From Utricularia gibba (lineage: Eukaryota; Plantae; Magnoliophyta), in NCBI GenBank assembly GCA_002189035.1, contig NEEC01000020.1:186001-250000 (forward strand): 64,000 nt of DNA, given 5' to 3'. Under the pieces are notes generated by a model. It was not told the DNA's origin, did not search any database, and saw only the letters and a list, made by a program, of their open reading frames with translations. Numbering within the stretch: position 1 is the first letter of the stretch; every line of letters starts with the position of its first letter. A program made the position numbers and the translations under genes. Shown here in pieces: positions 1 through 12,704 of the stretch.

Positions 1-56
1 CATGCAGTGTTTTCCTAAAGTGCGGCCAACAGGGAACAGCCTTCTTACCTCCCAAT

Positions 57-959
57 TCAGATATGGCCACGGCCACCACATTGGGAGCACATTATATTCC
101 CAGTGCCTCCCCAACCTGCACAAGACAGCAGGCATAACCAAAAGCAGGCACTAAAATGGTATTTTTGGGCACCAAGGTGAATAGATCAATAGCAAAACTG
201 TCGAGAGTTCAGAGTGAAGAGGTTTTTCTCATACTTCTTGCACCTCAATTGACTGATACAAACACACTTCAGTGAGCTCGGTTAAGGGAAGTGTGCATAA
301 GGCTACCTAAGCATCTGACTTTCACGATGATCCCCTGACTCTCCATGATGGAGTCTATGTGGCGCAAAGAACTGCCCCTTAGCTAGGCAACCTAAGCAAC
401 GGGATTTTTTTCCGACATTCACCTCAGGCAGGGATTACCCAACAGGCTTCTGGATTATTTCCTCCGGGATCGGTGTATCATATTGAAACAGTGATGATTC
501 AACACTACGGTGATTCTGAAGGCATCATGCCTACAGTTTCCCTGGAGTTTAAAACTGCACCACCAAGCCTCTGAATTCGTGAGACATTGAACTTTCAGAC
601 TTGTTACTCTTTAAGTTTACAACCCATTTTCAAGAATAAAGCTGTTTATGGAGACGAAAAAATCATAAGCAAAAAACCGAATTGATGAACCAGAGGAACC
701 GATAGGAGCGACACCGTTGCTTTGATCACCAGAGCCAGAGCTAGGAAGAAACATACAGTTCTCCCGCAAATGGGAGTGTGACCGATTCGCAAAGAAGATT
801 CCGTCGATGATCACCGCGGTCAAAGTCCACCGACTGATGTATTGGGCTCCTCCCTACATTCCCGAAGATTGCGTTTTTCGGGCTCCATGATTCCGAGAGC
901 TTAACGGCCAGCGGCGCTCTCCAGTCGTGGTGTTGAACTGTTGGTTTCTCTTTCTCCAT
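57..959 (-). pseudogene. DnaJ/Hsp40 cysteine-rich (CxxCxGxG) zinc-finger protein pseudogene, TSIP1/At2g24860-like; the 5' exon and start are uncertain, while the 57-525 portion is firm
   Basis: The minus strand reads ..QYDTPIPEEIIQKPVG*SLPEVNVGKKSRCLGCLAKG.., then YIDSIMESQGIIVKVRCLG | intron 306-116 | WGGTGNIMCSQCGGRGHI* (stop 57-59). Lesions: in-frame TAA at 435-437, a frameshift at the C4 run 375-378, an out-of-frame deletion near 360 that removes the second CxxCxGxG, and Trp in place of Cys at 111-113. Confidence 0.75.
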
Positions 960-1092
960 AGTCGCGTTTCGGAATGAGCGACATCTTGGATATAAAAAAA
1001 AGATAATAAAATTGGTGTCTGCAACTGCTGAGGAAACCGGATAAGCCTGCAGAAGCAACACTTGCAAGCATTTCAAGAACAAGGAAGCGGGA

Positions 1093-4000
1093 ATGCTTGC
1101 GGCGAACCCCACCAATCCGACTTTGGAAATTTCGATTTCCCAATTCAAAGCTCCCTACTCTAGGAAACTGAGATTAATTCCTCCTTTTTCGCCGGTGGAT
1201 TGCTTTCCGCAGATTGAAGGTTTTCATTTTTCGCGTTCATTTGGGCGGAATACTGTTCTTCGATGTTCGAGAGCGAGGCGAAGGTTGATTGGAAGCACCA
1301 GATGGAACAGGAGCCTTTGCCATGGACTCCATGTTCGGGCTTCAGTGAAAGCAGAAGGTGACACTCGAAATGAGGCAGCGATTCCACAACCCTTAGCTCC
1401 TTTCTCCATCAATATTCCGTTCGGGGATCGTAACGTAAGTTATCCAAGTTGAAAACATAAAGGAACGAGTTTTGTTTGAGTCCATGTTCAAATTCGGAAA
1501 AATTTCGGATCCAAAAACCACGAACTTTTCCAGAAATTTTTGAACATTGGTTTGAGTGATCACACACATTCAGCAAGTAGCATGAATAGCTTGCTTAATC
1601 TCTCCTTGCTTAAAGTCGATTTTTGATTTTCCACAGATATTAGTTGAGACAGGCCATATTGGAAGGCAAGCTAGTGCTGCTGTTACTGTAACAGATGGGG
1701 AAACTGTGAGTTAGCTGCCAGAAGCCTTATCTTATTTCTCCATGAGAATGGGAATTGAGGATTCTCTGTAAATATAAGATTTCATTGCATCACTGCTTCA
1801 TAGGCATGTTATGTCAGAGAACTTGTGCTGCTTATGCTTTAATGAAAATTATATATGTTGTGGCTTCTCATTGCAGATAATCTACACAACTGTTTGTCTG
1901 GCTGAAGATCCCTGTGACCCTTCTGATTTCTTTCCACTTTCTGTGCACTACCAAGAGCGTTTCTCAGCAGCTGGGCGCACAAGGTAGGCGCAAAAATGTC
2001 TTAATGAATATGTAGCTGCATAAGAAATTCATATGCTGTTCATTTGTTCAGCGGTGGGTTTTTCAAGCGAGAGGGGAAAACAAAGGATCACGAGGTAGTA
2101 GAACTGATGATTGACCTGAAAGACTTCTATCTATTTAAATACCAATAGAGTGTGGCTTCAAGGGATTTGAACTTTGAAGTTGCCTTCATTGATCTGTGGG
2201 TTCTTTTTTGCAGGTTCTTGTTTGCAGACTAATTGACAGACCACTACGCCCTACAATGCCTAAGGGATTCTATCATGAAACACAGATATTATCTTGGGTA
2301 TTTACTAAATATCTATCCTATGCAATCTTGAGTTTGCCGATTTTTAATTTCACTGTGTCACAGGTATTGAGTTACGATGGTGTGCATCCGCCAGATGCTT
2401 TAGCTATGACAGCCGCTGGGATAGCCATGTAGGTTTGCTGCTTTGGTCTCTTTGAAACTGGCTGAGATTAAGTTGACTTAGTGTAGCTGGTTTTTGTGCG
2501 ACATGTAATTTTGAAAAATGAAATGAATCAGAGCTCTCTCAGAAGTCCCAAACTCTAAAACTGTTGCCGGTGTTCGTGTTGGCCTTGTTGATGATAAGTT
2601 TGTTGTTAATCCAAGTGTGAAAGAGATGGAGGGTTCTAAGTTAGATCTGCTCCTGGCAGGGACGGATAGTGCAATATTGATGATTGAGGCAAGTCATTAC
2701 TCCTACACCTTCTCCATGCTCAACTCATTTATCTTACTTTCATGTAGCTAATAGCGTTAAACATTTTATTATTCATTCTTTTAGTCAATTTTTTTATGTC
2801 AAAAGTTGAAATTTAGGATGGAAAATGTATAGGGATACTGCAACTTCCTACCTGAAGAGAAGTTGTTGGAAGCTATAGAAGTTGGGCAGGTATTCAGCAT
2901 GTTTCTTTCTCTCTTTTACTCAGTGAGATTCCAGTTTTCTTATATTTACGTGGTGGCTATGGCCAATGAAGGCCATTTATATTTATTGAATGTCTTTTCT
3001 TTGATGTCAGAATGCAGTAAGAGATATTTGTAAAGCAGTGGAAACCTTCGTCAAGGAATGTGGGAAACCGAAAATGCTAGAAGCAATCAAACTGCCTCCT
3101 CCTGAGCTCTATATGCATGTTGAAGTATGCTCTCAATTTCACATCCTACCTATTACCTATTTATCAGCTCCCTTTTCTTGTCAATGCAAAGATCTATATT
3201 TTTCCATCCTTTATAGTGTGAAGTTGATTGCAGCATTTTGATAGTTGGTACCAAAAAACTAATATAGTTGACTTGATTTGTAGTCACGTTGATGTGAGCT
3301 GAAAATTGCAATTTTACATGTTGATTTCCACCGTAAAGATCTTTTGTTGATTTTCAGGAAATTTCGGGTGACGAATTAGTTCAAGCACTGCAAATTAAGA
3401 GCAAAATCCCAAGAAGGAAGGCATTATCATCCTTGGAATCAAAAGTTTTGAACATACTTACTCAGGAGGGGTTTGTTAGTAAAAAAGAAGCATCAACTTC
3501 TGCTGAAATCTTATCTGACCTTGAGGATGAAGATGAAGATGAGGAGGTTGTTGTTGATGGAGAAGTTGATGAAGGTGATGTTCACATCAAGCCAACCATG
3601 AGAAAGCCCACACCTTTGGTAAACTCCTTTTCTTTATATGGCCTTCATTTCTACATTTTTCTATAGGAATGGATTAGTCTGTGTTCTGCTTCTTGCTAGT
3701 CAAATCCAGTTGAAATGGGATATGCTTTTACTTGCAAAATTCGTGGAAATGTGATCGTCTTTTCCAAATGTAGCTGTGATTTTTGTGATTTCATTACCTT
3801 GTAGTTGTTCTCTGAGGTCGATGTGAAGCTAGTGTTCAAAGAAGTTTCATCCAAGTATTTGCGGAGACGCATTGTGGAGGTAATATGCTGAATTAGACAC
3901 ATGAAGTCCTCATTTTTCTTAAAGATCAGCAAGCATCCGATTACCTAATTTTAGGAAGTGATGTACTTGTTTAATGGATCTTGCCACATGTATACACCTG

Positions 4001-6667
4001 CTCACATATCTCATTAGCTCAGGGAGGGAAAAGAAGCGATGGCCGAACTCCAGAGGAATTGCGATCCATCAATTCATGCTGTGGATTACTTCCGAGAGCA
4101 CATGGAAGTGCTCTTTTTACACGCGGCGAGACGCAGGTCTGGTTGCCTTTTTTATATATCAATTCTCTTTACCTGATTCACACTGGTTCTTACTGAAGCT
4201 GTGAAAGTTTTTTTTTTTTTTTTTGGAGCAATTTTAGGAAAACCACTTGTTCACATGATTATCAGCACAATTATGATTGAGGCAGCTGTGGCTACATGCA
4301 GTTAAAATCTGTAGTTGTGATGCTAATCTCCTTCATTCTTGTTTTTCTTTTTCCCCATATTTCAGTCATTAGCGGTGGCCACACTTGGTGATAGGAATAT
4401 GGCACAACGAATAGACAATCTCGTGGATGAAGATGAATTCAAAAGATTCTACCTGCAGGTGAATCAAGCTGTCATTGATTTTCCAAAAGACATTAGCTCA
4501 TAAAGCCCCTTTTGTATATTGTACTTGAAATCTTATTTCCCTTATTGTATGCAGTACACGTTTCCCCCATCTTGTGTTGGAGAAGTTGGGCGTGCAGGAG
4601 CACCTTCTAGAAGAGAAATCGGCCATGGAATGCTTGCAGAGAGAGCTTTGGAGCCAATATTGCCTTCTGAAGATGAGTTTCCATACACTATACGTGTTGA
4701 AAGTACCATAACAGAAAGCAATGGTTCATCAAGGCAAGCTCACTCCTTTACAGACAATGCAGTCAAACAGTTTGAGCTATCCACTTCCTCCTGCTGAATA
4801 TCAACTGTTTTACCATGACAGCATGGCCTCAGTTTGTGGGGGTTGCTTAGCATTACAAGATGCTGGTGTTCCGGTTAAATCCTCTGTTGCTGGAATTGCG
4901 ATGGGGATGGTCTTAGACACTAAGGATTTTGGAGGAGATGGCACTCCACTTATTCTCTCTGATATAACAGGGGCTGAAGATGCATCAGGAGATATGGATT
5001 TTAAGGTCCTGTACCACTCTCTTTTGGATCTCTCACATGGTGTTGTGTTGAGAATAAGTTTGTTGCCACAGGTTGCAGGAAATGATGATGGCGTGACAGC
5101 ATTCCAAATGGATATAAAGGTTGAATTGTAGCTTTCAGTTTGCCATTGGCTTCTTTTCATGTCCATTTCTTCAGAAATAAAATGATATCATCATGATATC
5201 AGGTTGAAGGGATTTCTTTGCCAGTCATGAAGCAAGCTCTCCTGCAAGCGAAAGAGGGTCGAAAGCATATCCTTGGTAAATGCCATGATGCTCTGGCCCT
5301 GAATGCTAACCCGTATCTTTGGAACTTGAGCAGTTACAGAAGTTTCTCTGTTTCTCTAAAATTCTTATTTTCTTTTGCAGCCGAGATGTCAAAATGTGAT
5401 CCTCCACCTTCGAATAGACTCTCAAAATACGCTCCACTTATTCATGTTATGAAGGTATCTGGTTGCTGCATTTGCGGCTGACAACAGTGGTCTCCAACAA
5501 TGGCTTTTTTCTCTGAAAATGTAGGTAAAACCAGACAAGGTTAACATGATAATAGGTTCCGGTGGGAAAAAAATCAAAAGCATCATCGAGGAAAGCGGAG
5601 TCGAAGCCATTGAAACCGGAGACAATGGAATTGTAAGCCTCAGGAGAGAATCCATTGCCTGCATTTATCATATTCCAAGTCCACTTCTTTCACTATATGC
5701 TCCTTGGTTTACACTTCACAGGTTAAAATCACTGCCAAGGACTTGGCTAGCTTGGAGAAGTCCAAAACCATCATCAGCAGCCTCATTATGGTTCCAACTA
5801 TTGGTGATATTTACAGGTACTCCATCAACTCAACTCTTCAACATCCCTATCCTGCTTTCCACACCGCCAAGTCATCTTCCTCAATCTCACCTGCGTCTAG
5901 TTTTCATCCAGGAACTGTGAGATCAAATCAGTTACTGCATATGGAATTTTCGTAGAAATTTCTCCAGGTCGAGAGGTGATTCATGTTTTGAACCTCCGTT
6001 CATCGTTTTTCTGCTGTTATTTCAGACCCTTAACAGAGTAGTAATCTTCTTGCATCAGGGTCTATGCCATGTCAGTGAGCTGAGTGCAAATTGGCTGGCC
6101 AAGCCTGATGATGTAGGTATCCTTAGCACATGAACTTCCTTGAAAGGATTCTGTCTGATCACATTTTATCAGCAGGCTTTCAAAGTTGGGGACCGCATCG
6201 ACGTCAAGCTCATCGAGGTCCGGCAGTTGTTCGATCGATCCATCCCTTTCTTCTGCAGACTCAAACCATAGGGCTTCTGATGTTCTGGTTTCTGGTAACT
6301 GATCAGAGTTCTGTTGCTTTTGCAGATCAATGAGAAGGGGCAGCTCCGGTTGAGCCACCGTGCTCTGCTACCTGACTCCAGCCCGAAACCTGCCGTCGAC
6401 TCAGGCACTGGTTCCTCAAAGACGGCCAACGACAAGGGTAAATGGGTACGCCCTTCGGCGGTTTCGACAAGTAACATCAGCACCGGTGATGCAGGAGAAT
6501 CAGAAGTCACCATAGAAATGGAGAGCAGCTTTCATGTGATTGCAAGCACAGAGAATGATGGCACCCAAACGGTGAAGAAACAATCCAGGAGAAGAAGCAG
6601 CAAAACCACAGTCATTGTTTCTTCAAACGACACAGCGCCGGTTGCAAATGAAGGAGCCAAGGTGTGA
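1093..6667 (+). CDS. PNP1: Chloroplast polyribonucleotide nucleotidyltransferase (PNPase), multi-exon
   Basis: Transit-peptide-like exon 1 (1093-1435). RNase PH motifs [41 protein letters not shown] and [15 protein letters not shown]; KH motif [10 protein letters not shown]; S1 domain. Splicing keeps the frame in the exons checked, with GC donors at 2689 and 4734. Confidence 0.97.
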
Positions 6668-6983
6668 ATCATCACCTGGGTTCAAAGCAGCCTTCTCCAC
6701 AGAGTATGGCATCATGCTTGTTCAAGCAATAGCTTATTCGATTTTGGATCCAGTTTCCCAAGTTTTGTATTCACACTTAGCATCTGAACACGATTCTTGA
6801 ATGAAAACATTGATCAAGTAACACAGAAAAAGCCCTTTCCATCATCACCTTTTCAGTATTGTTTTGCAGAACATCACCATTCACAAAATGTGCAGGGAAC
6901 AATGTGACAGGAACCATTTCAAGAAAATGCTTCACGAATGATCAGATAAATTGGATATGTGTGAAGCAAGGATGGTGAAATGA

Positions 6984-9900
6984 CTATGTGAAGAGAGGTG
7001 CAGTACCTCCCTCTATTGGAGGTTGAAAGCGCTGTAGATTTCGTTTGTGAGCTTTGGATCCATGGACAGCATTGCGCAGAGAGCTGTTATTGCGGCCATA
7101 GAACATGTAGACGAGCATTCCCATTGCAAGCCAGATGGATACTCGGGCCCAAGTTGCACCACTGCATGCTCGGAGTAGTTGTATTTACAGTGAGTGGATT
7201 CATAAGAAACATGATGCAATGCTTTGACAACTTTAAATACCAGACATCCTGAAAAGAAGACATCGAAGTACTCACCCAAGGTTGATTAACAGGTAAACAT
7301 TGATCAAAATGCAAGCACTAGGGAGAATGGGAACAAAGGGGCACATGAAGCCTGAAAGAAAACAAAAGGGAGAACGAAGTGAGGAAAACGAACTAACAAG
7401 GAGCTGTATTTAGTGCTGAAAATGCAATCAACCATACCACCGGTATGACCAAAACTGTGCCTTGCATCATCTTGGTTGATCCAGGTGAGCAAAATCATAC
7501 CGATCAAAAGGAGAAACGCCCCCACCCCACATAGAGTATGCCTCAAAGGACTGTAAGAGATGGAGTGAATGTTTATTTATGAAACTTCATGCAGTTCTAA
7601 AGTGTGGTGAGACAATCCCATTTGAGATCTCAATACCTATAGAGTGCTTCACTCGAAGCAGAAGAAGCAAGGATAAGGATGCCAATACATGTAATTGTAA
7701 TAGCCCAACCTGCGATCTTCCGTCGTTTCACTTCGGTCAAGGAAATGTCAACATACACTGCAAGTGCAGAATCAGATTTTGTTTACAGATTTTCAGATGA
7801 CAGAATTCACATGATCAGATCAGCTTGCTTACAGTTCATATTTCTGGCTACCTTCCTTATTAAAGGACAATCAACAGAAGTTTCATGGGAATCAAAATCA
7901 GGATCATTCCCATCTAGGGCATTGACATGTATTTTCTGTTCCTCAAAATCTTCATCTTGATTGTCACTGATGCCATAACGCCTTGAAACCGAGTCTACGG
8001 CTTCTTGGAAGACCCCATCAGGTGGAACATATCTCAGAATAAGAACTGAAATTGCGACCATTGTAAATGCAAGAAGTGTTCCAACACTAACCTGCAAGAA
8101 GAACAATGAATCTCATAACCAAGGAAGAATGAAAAATACTATCTCAAAACTTTTGGAATAACAAGTGAACGCTTGTCAATATAACGTTGTAATGCAAAGG
8201 TGGCTGGGACAGAGAGTTAAGAATGATACCATTCCTGACAACTGTTCCACGTCCATAAAAAAAGCTAAGAGTGCGGCAAGAGTGCCACTTGCAACAGTCC
8301 CCTTCACAGGAACTTTAGTTTCTTTATTAACCTCTGAAAAGAATGATGGAAGCAATCCATCTCTAGCCATAGCCATGAATACTCTTGGCTGTAACGGGAA
8401 AAAAGAAAAGAACAAAATTGTGGGATTCCTTTTTGATCATCATGAATTTGTAAGTGTAGCTGTAACTAAAATGGCATTGCAGGTAGTCAGCATATAAACC
8501 CAAGTTTTTTTACCTGAGGAAGAAGAGAGCCTGTCAGTGTTGAACAAAGAGCGAAGCAAGCTCCAGCAGTTATGACATATCTTGAAGGAAGAACACATGC
8601 ATATGCACGCCTCAAAAACCGAGATCAAAATCAAGAGAAACTGAAATATTGGTACAACATACTTACGCTGCCCATTGAATACCATGAGTCTGGAATGCTG
8701 ACGAGATAGGAGTGTCAGGATCCATAGCATAATATGGTACCAAACCAACAATAACAGCGGAAACCAACATGTAGAGACTGCAGCATATGGGCAACGCGAT
8801 ACCGATTCCCAAAGGAAGGTCCCTTTGAGGGTTTTCCACCTGCATATAGCAAAAGTTTCAAATAGCTCTGGCTCTGTGATCATGAATAAATAAGCTTTTC
8901 AACAGTCCGAACATACCTCTTCTGCTGTGCTTGCCAATATGTCAAACCCAATGTAAGCAAAGAACACAGTTGAAGCGCCAGCAAGCATTCCATTAGCCCC
9001 AAATGGAAAATATCTGGAAAGATACAAATTATAGAAAGTATGAACGTAAGAACCCCGCCTGTCAAGATCAGGTAAGCAACAAAACAAAAAATGTTGACAT
9101 TAATGCTCACCCTGATGGAAGTTCATATCCCGGCCATCCACTCTTGAATCCTAGATATCCACCAGCTACAATGACAAATATCATGACGCATATATTTCCA
9201 ATGGTCACACATCCTTGGACAAGGGTGCTCTGCAGACATGTTTTTCAAGATCTTCAATGTTGAAGATCATATGGGAACAAACACTAATTCAAATAAAAAA
9301 TGGAGTGGTAGTTAAACCTCCTTTATTCCCAATGAGAGGACGGCAGTGACAAGCAAAACTAAGATGGCTCCACAAGGGTCGACCACAATCCCAACTCCAG
9401 GAATGGTCTGACGAGCTAGGAATGAAGGAAGATTATCTGTACCTCCAAAAAGCATGGCCTATGACACACAAAGAAGATGAAAGCATGAAGGTTATCATTT
9501 AGCAGTTTTTTATCAGTTCAAGTAAGAAACTACCCAAGTTTCACGTTAACATATAGAAAAACAAGTCATATATAATGAAATGTGAGCAGCTTCACCAGGT
9601 TTGGGGATATGCCTCGGGCAACTGCAGAACCTCCGATAGTGTATTCCAATATCAAGGCCCAGCCAACCAACCAAGCAATACTGCATAAAATAATATTTTA
9701 TATTTAGGCCAACAGATACAAAAGAGAGGAAATGAAATAAGAAAGATATTTTTCATAGGACAATTTGATATCTCATTTGCTGTAACATTCTTTAGGCTAA
9801 ATCTATGACATCGGATTTTATGGACACTCCACACTCAAAAAAAATCTAAAAAAGAACAACACGTAAAGAAATAAAAAATACCCTTCCCCGATGCATATAT

Positions 9901-10538
9901 AAGAATAGTGATAGGCACTTCCAGCAGAAGGGAAACGGCTTGCTAGCTCCGCGTAGCAGAAAGCAGAAAGAGCAGCTGCAATTCCAGCTATCAGAAATGA
10001 GAAGGTGAGTGCTGGACCTGAATGCTCCCTCGCCACAGTACCAACAAGAATGTAAACTCCAGCACCGATTGTTGAACCAACGCCTTCAAGTTCAAACAAT
10101 TTTCAGAGATGAAACTCAACTAATGCCTTCAATCTCGTCAAAATGAAATAGAAGGATGAATTGGAGGAGCAATAGCTGCTGAAGACGTAGCACAATAGGA
10201 CATGCTTTGCGTGAAATACAAGAAGCATGATCAATCTACAAGCAAACATTACACTACATGCATCAGACTCAAATCAAAGTCAGCACAATCAGTCAATCAT
10301 GAACACACGTAAAGTTGAAGAAAGGAAGCCCCATCAAACTAAAATAAGCTTTACCAATTGCTGTGAGATGAGGCAGAGTCAACGCCTTGGCTAAAGCTTG
10401 ATGCTGCCCAGACGATGCACCTGGTTCAGCAGCAGAATCAACCTGTTTTCTTCTCGAAAGAGTCTTAAACACCTCAACAGCGCATTTCCTCCCAGTACAA
10501 CCCCCACCTCTAAATTGTGTATCAGAAAGAAGAGCCAT
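6984..10538 (-). CDS. CAT2: Cationic amino acid transporter (CAT2/3/4 clade, APC family), multi-exon
   Basis: N-terminus [22 protein letters not shown]|[50 protein letters not shown]. Also [21 protein letters not shown], and the C-terminal [28 protein letters not shown]; stop 6984-6986. Confidence 0.95.
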
Positions 10539-10901
10539 GACAACCGCGCAATAAACTCAACTGGGTTCCTAAAAAATCGAATCTTTCAAGCAACAGAGAG
10601 GGTGGAAGTCATCAAATGACGCTTAATTACGCTTTACCCTATGATCAGAATCCAGAGGTCGAAGAGGTCCAATCTGGAAAGATTAAAATAATACACCCCT
10701 AGTATAACAGAAATAGATAGAATCCCCAAAAAGAAGTCCGCATGTTGTTGTTTGTCGTTCCACTGGCAGCATCTCTGGAATAATGGAGATGACTTGTGTC
10801 GTCTTCACCCTCGCCAATAATGCCTTCCACTCTCGAGAAAAACCAGAACCCCATGTCCGATAATGGCAAGATCATTCACCTGAGTATCAGAAAGGAAATT
10901 G

Positions 10902-12496
10902 ATGACCACCAACATCACCAGTTTCTTTCTCGGGTTTCGACGCCGTATTTCCAGTTTGCCGAGCTATTGGTTGAACCGAAAGATCAGCGCCTGTGTTAGA
11001 GACAACGACTTAAAAGAAGCTCGAGAACTGTTCGAAAAGTATCCCGATTCGAGAAATGTGGTTTCATGGAACACGTTGATCAATGGATACATCAAAAGCC
11101 GGAAACTTTCAGAGGCCCAATGCCTGTTCGACAAAATGCCCCAAAAAGATGTCGTTTCTTGGAACACAATGCTGTCAGGTTTTCGTGACGTGCACAACCC
11201 AGAAAAAGCTTGCCAGTGCTTCCTGAAAATGATGAAGCACGGATCGTCCCCAGATGAGCTTACATTTTCCGTGGTGGTCACCACGTTCCTCAATCCAGAA
11301 CACAGAATTCTGATCCCACAGTTGCACGCCCTCGTCGTCCGTTTAGGGTTTAACCTCGACGTGTACCTTGGTTCTGCATTGATGAGAGCATACGTTTCCC
11401 TGGGCGATCGTCAAGGATACCTCCGCGTCTTCGACGAGATTCCGGTGAAAGATGTGGCGCCTTTCAACGTGTTGATCTTGGCTTACATAGAATCCGGGTT
11501 GGTAGACGAAGCGAAGAAGATGTTCGAGACAATGCCCAAAAGAAACAATCACACGTGGAGCACGATGATCAACGGTTACATGAGGAACAAAAGGATCAAC
11601 GAAGCTAGGGAGCTTTTCAACAGACTGGAGATCAAAGACGTAGTGTCCTGGACAGCGATGATCAGAGGCTTCGCGCAGTGTGACAAGTTTGTAGAAGCTC
11701 TGGGAATCTTTCTGTGGATGATGAGACTAGGAACTCCTCGCCCCAATCGCTATACCTTTTCATGTGTTTTAGATGCCTGCGCAGGATCTTCTTCTCTCGT
11801 CATGGGAGTCCAACTCCATTCTTGGATCTTGAAGATGGGGATGATCCCCATGATGTAATCCTATCAACCGCCCTCCTCGACATGTATGCAAAATGTGGGA
11901 GCATGGAGTCTGCATCCATGGTGTTCACTTCGATTCAGAACAAGAACCTGGCATCTTGGAACTCAATAGTCGGGGGATACGCCAGAAACGGGCTTCCATC
12001 TGATGCACTGCACCATTTCAAGAGAATGGTGAGGGATGGCGTTTTACCTGATGAAGTGTCATTCATCAATGTTCTCTCAGCTTGTGTGCATGGTGGGATG
12101 GTGAAGGAGGGGGAAGAGCTTTTCAACTCCATGAATGCCAGGTACGGGATTCAGGCACAGATGGAGCATTACTCCTGCATGGTGGATCTGTATGCCCGGG
12201 CAGGTGAACTGGGGAAGGCAGAGGATTTGATCAAGAGCATGCCCTTTGAGCCGGATGCTGTGGTTTGGGGGACGTTGCTTGGGGCTTGTGGACTCTACTC
12301 GTCCTCGAAAATGGGTCGAATCGCTGCGGAAGAACTGTCGAAAGTGGAGAAAGATCATCCTGCCATTTGTAGTGTCCTGATGAAGATATACAGTGGTGAT
12401 GCAGTTGAGTTTAGAGTATCTCACTTGGAACAAATGATGCGAACATGGCAACACAGAAAGCAGAAGGCCGGAAGTTGGATTGAATCTCTGGCTTGA
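10902..12496 (+). CDS. PLS-class PPR protein with E domain; one frameshift at about 11846-11849 (probable assembly error)
   Basis: ORF 10899-11858 (RNVVSWNTLINGY, KDVVSWTAMIRG) continues in the -1 frame as HDVILSTALLDMYAKCG..HYSCMVDLYARAG..WGTLLGAC..KAGSWIE. One extra C in the C4 run restores a single ORF. Confidence 0.9.
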
Positions 12497-12704
12497 AAGA
12501 AAACTGAAACCTGTAGGCTTTTCAATGCAACTTGAAGGAGACATAATGCTCAAACTCTTGAGTCTCATCTTGGGATTAATATAAAGATTTGTGCAGTTTG
12601 CATTTCTCAGCAGATTATATACACAGTCAGAGAAACAAGATGAGGGGCGAAAAATGGTTACCAAGACCTGGTTCAGGGACAAAACTTCGGTTCTTCCAGG
12701 AGCA

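Noticed and set aside
7160-7277. Apparent premature stop in the CAT gene when the first AG acceptor (about 7249) is used
   Set aside because: A downstream acceptor (TGCAG|TGGTGCAACTTGG) restores the conserved [11 protein letters not shown] exon.
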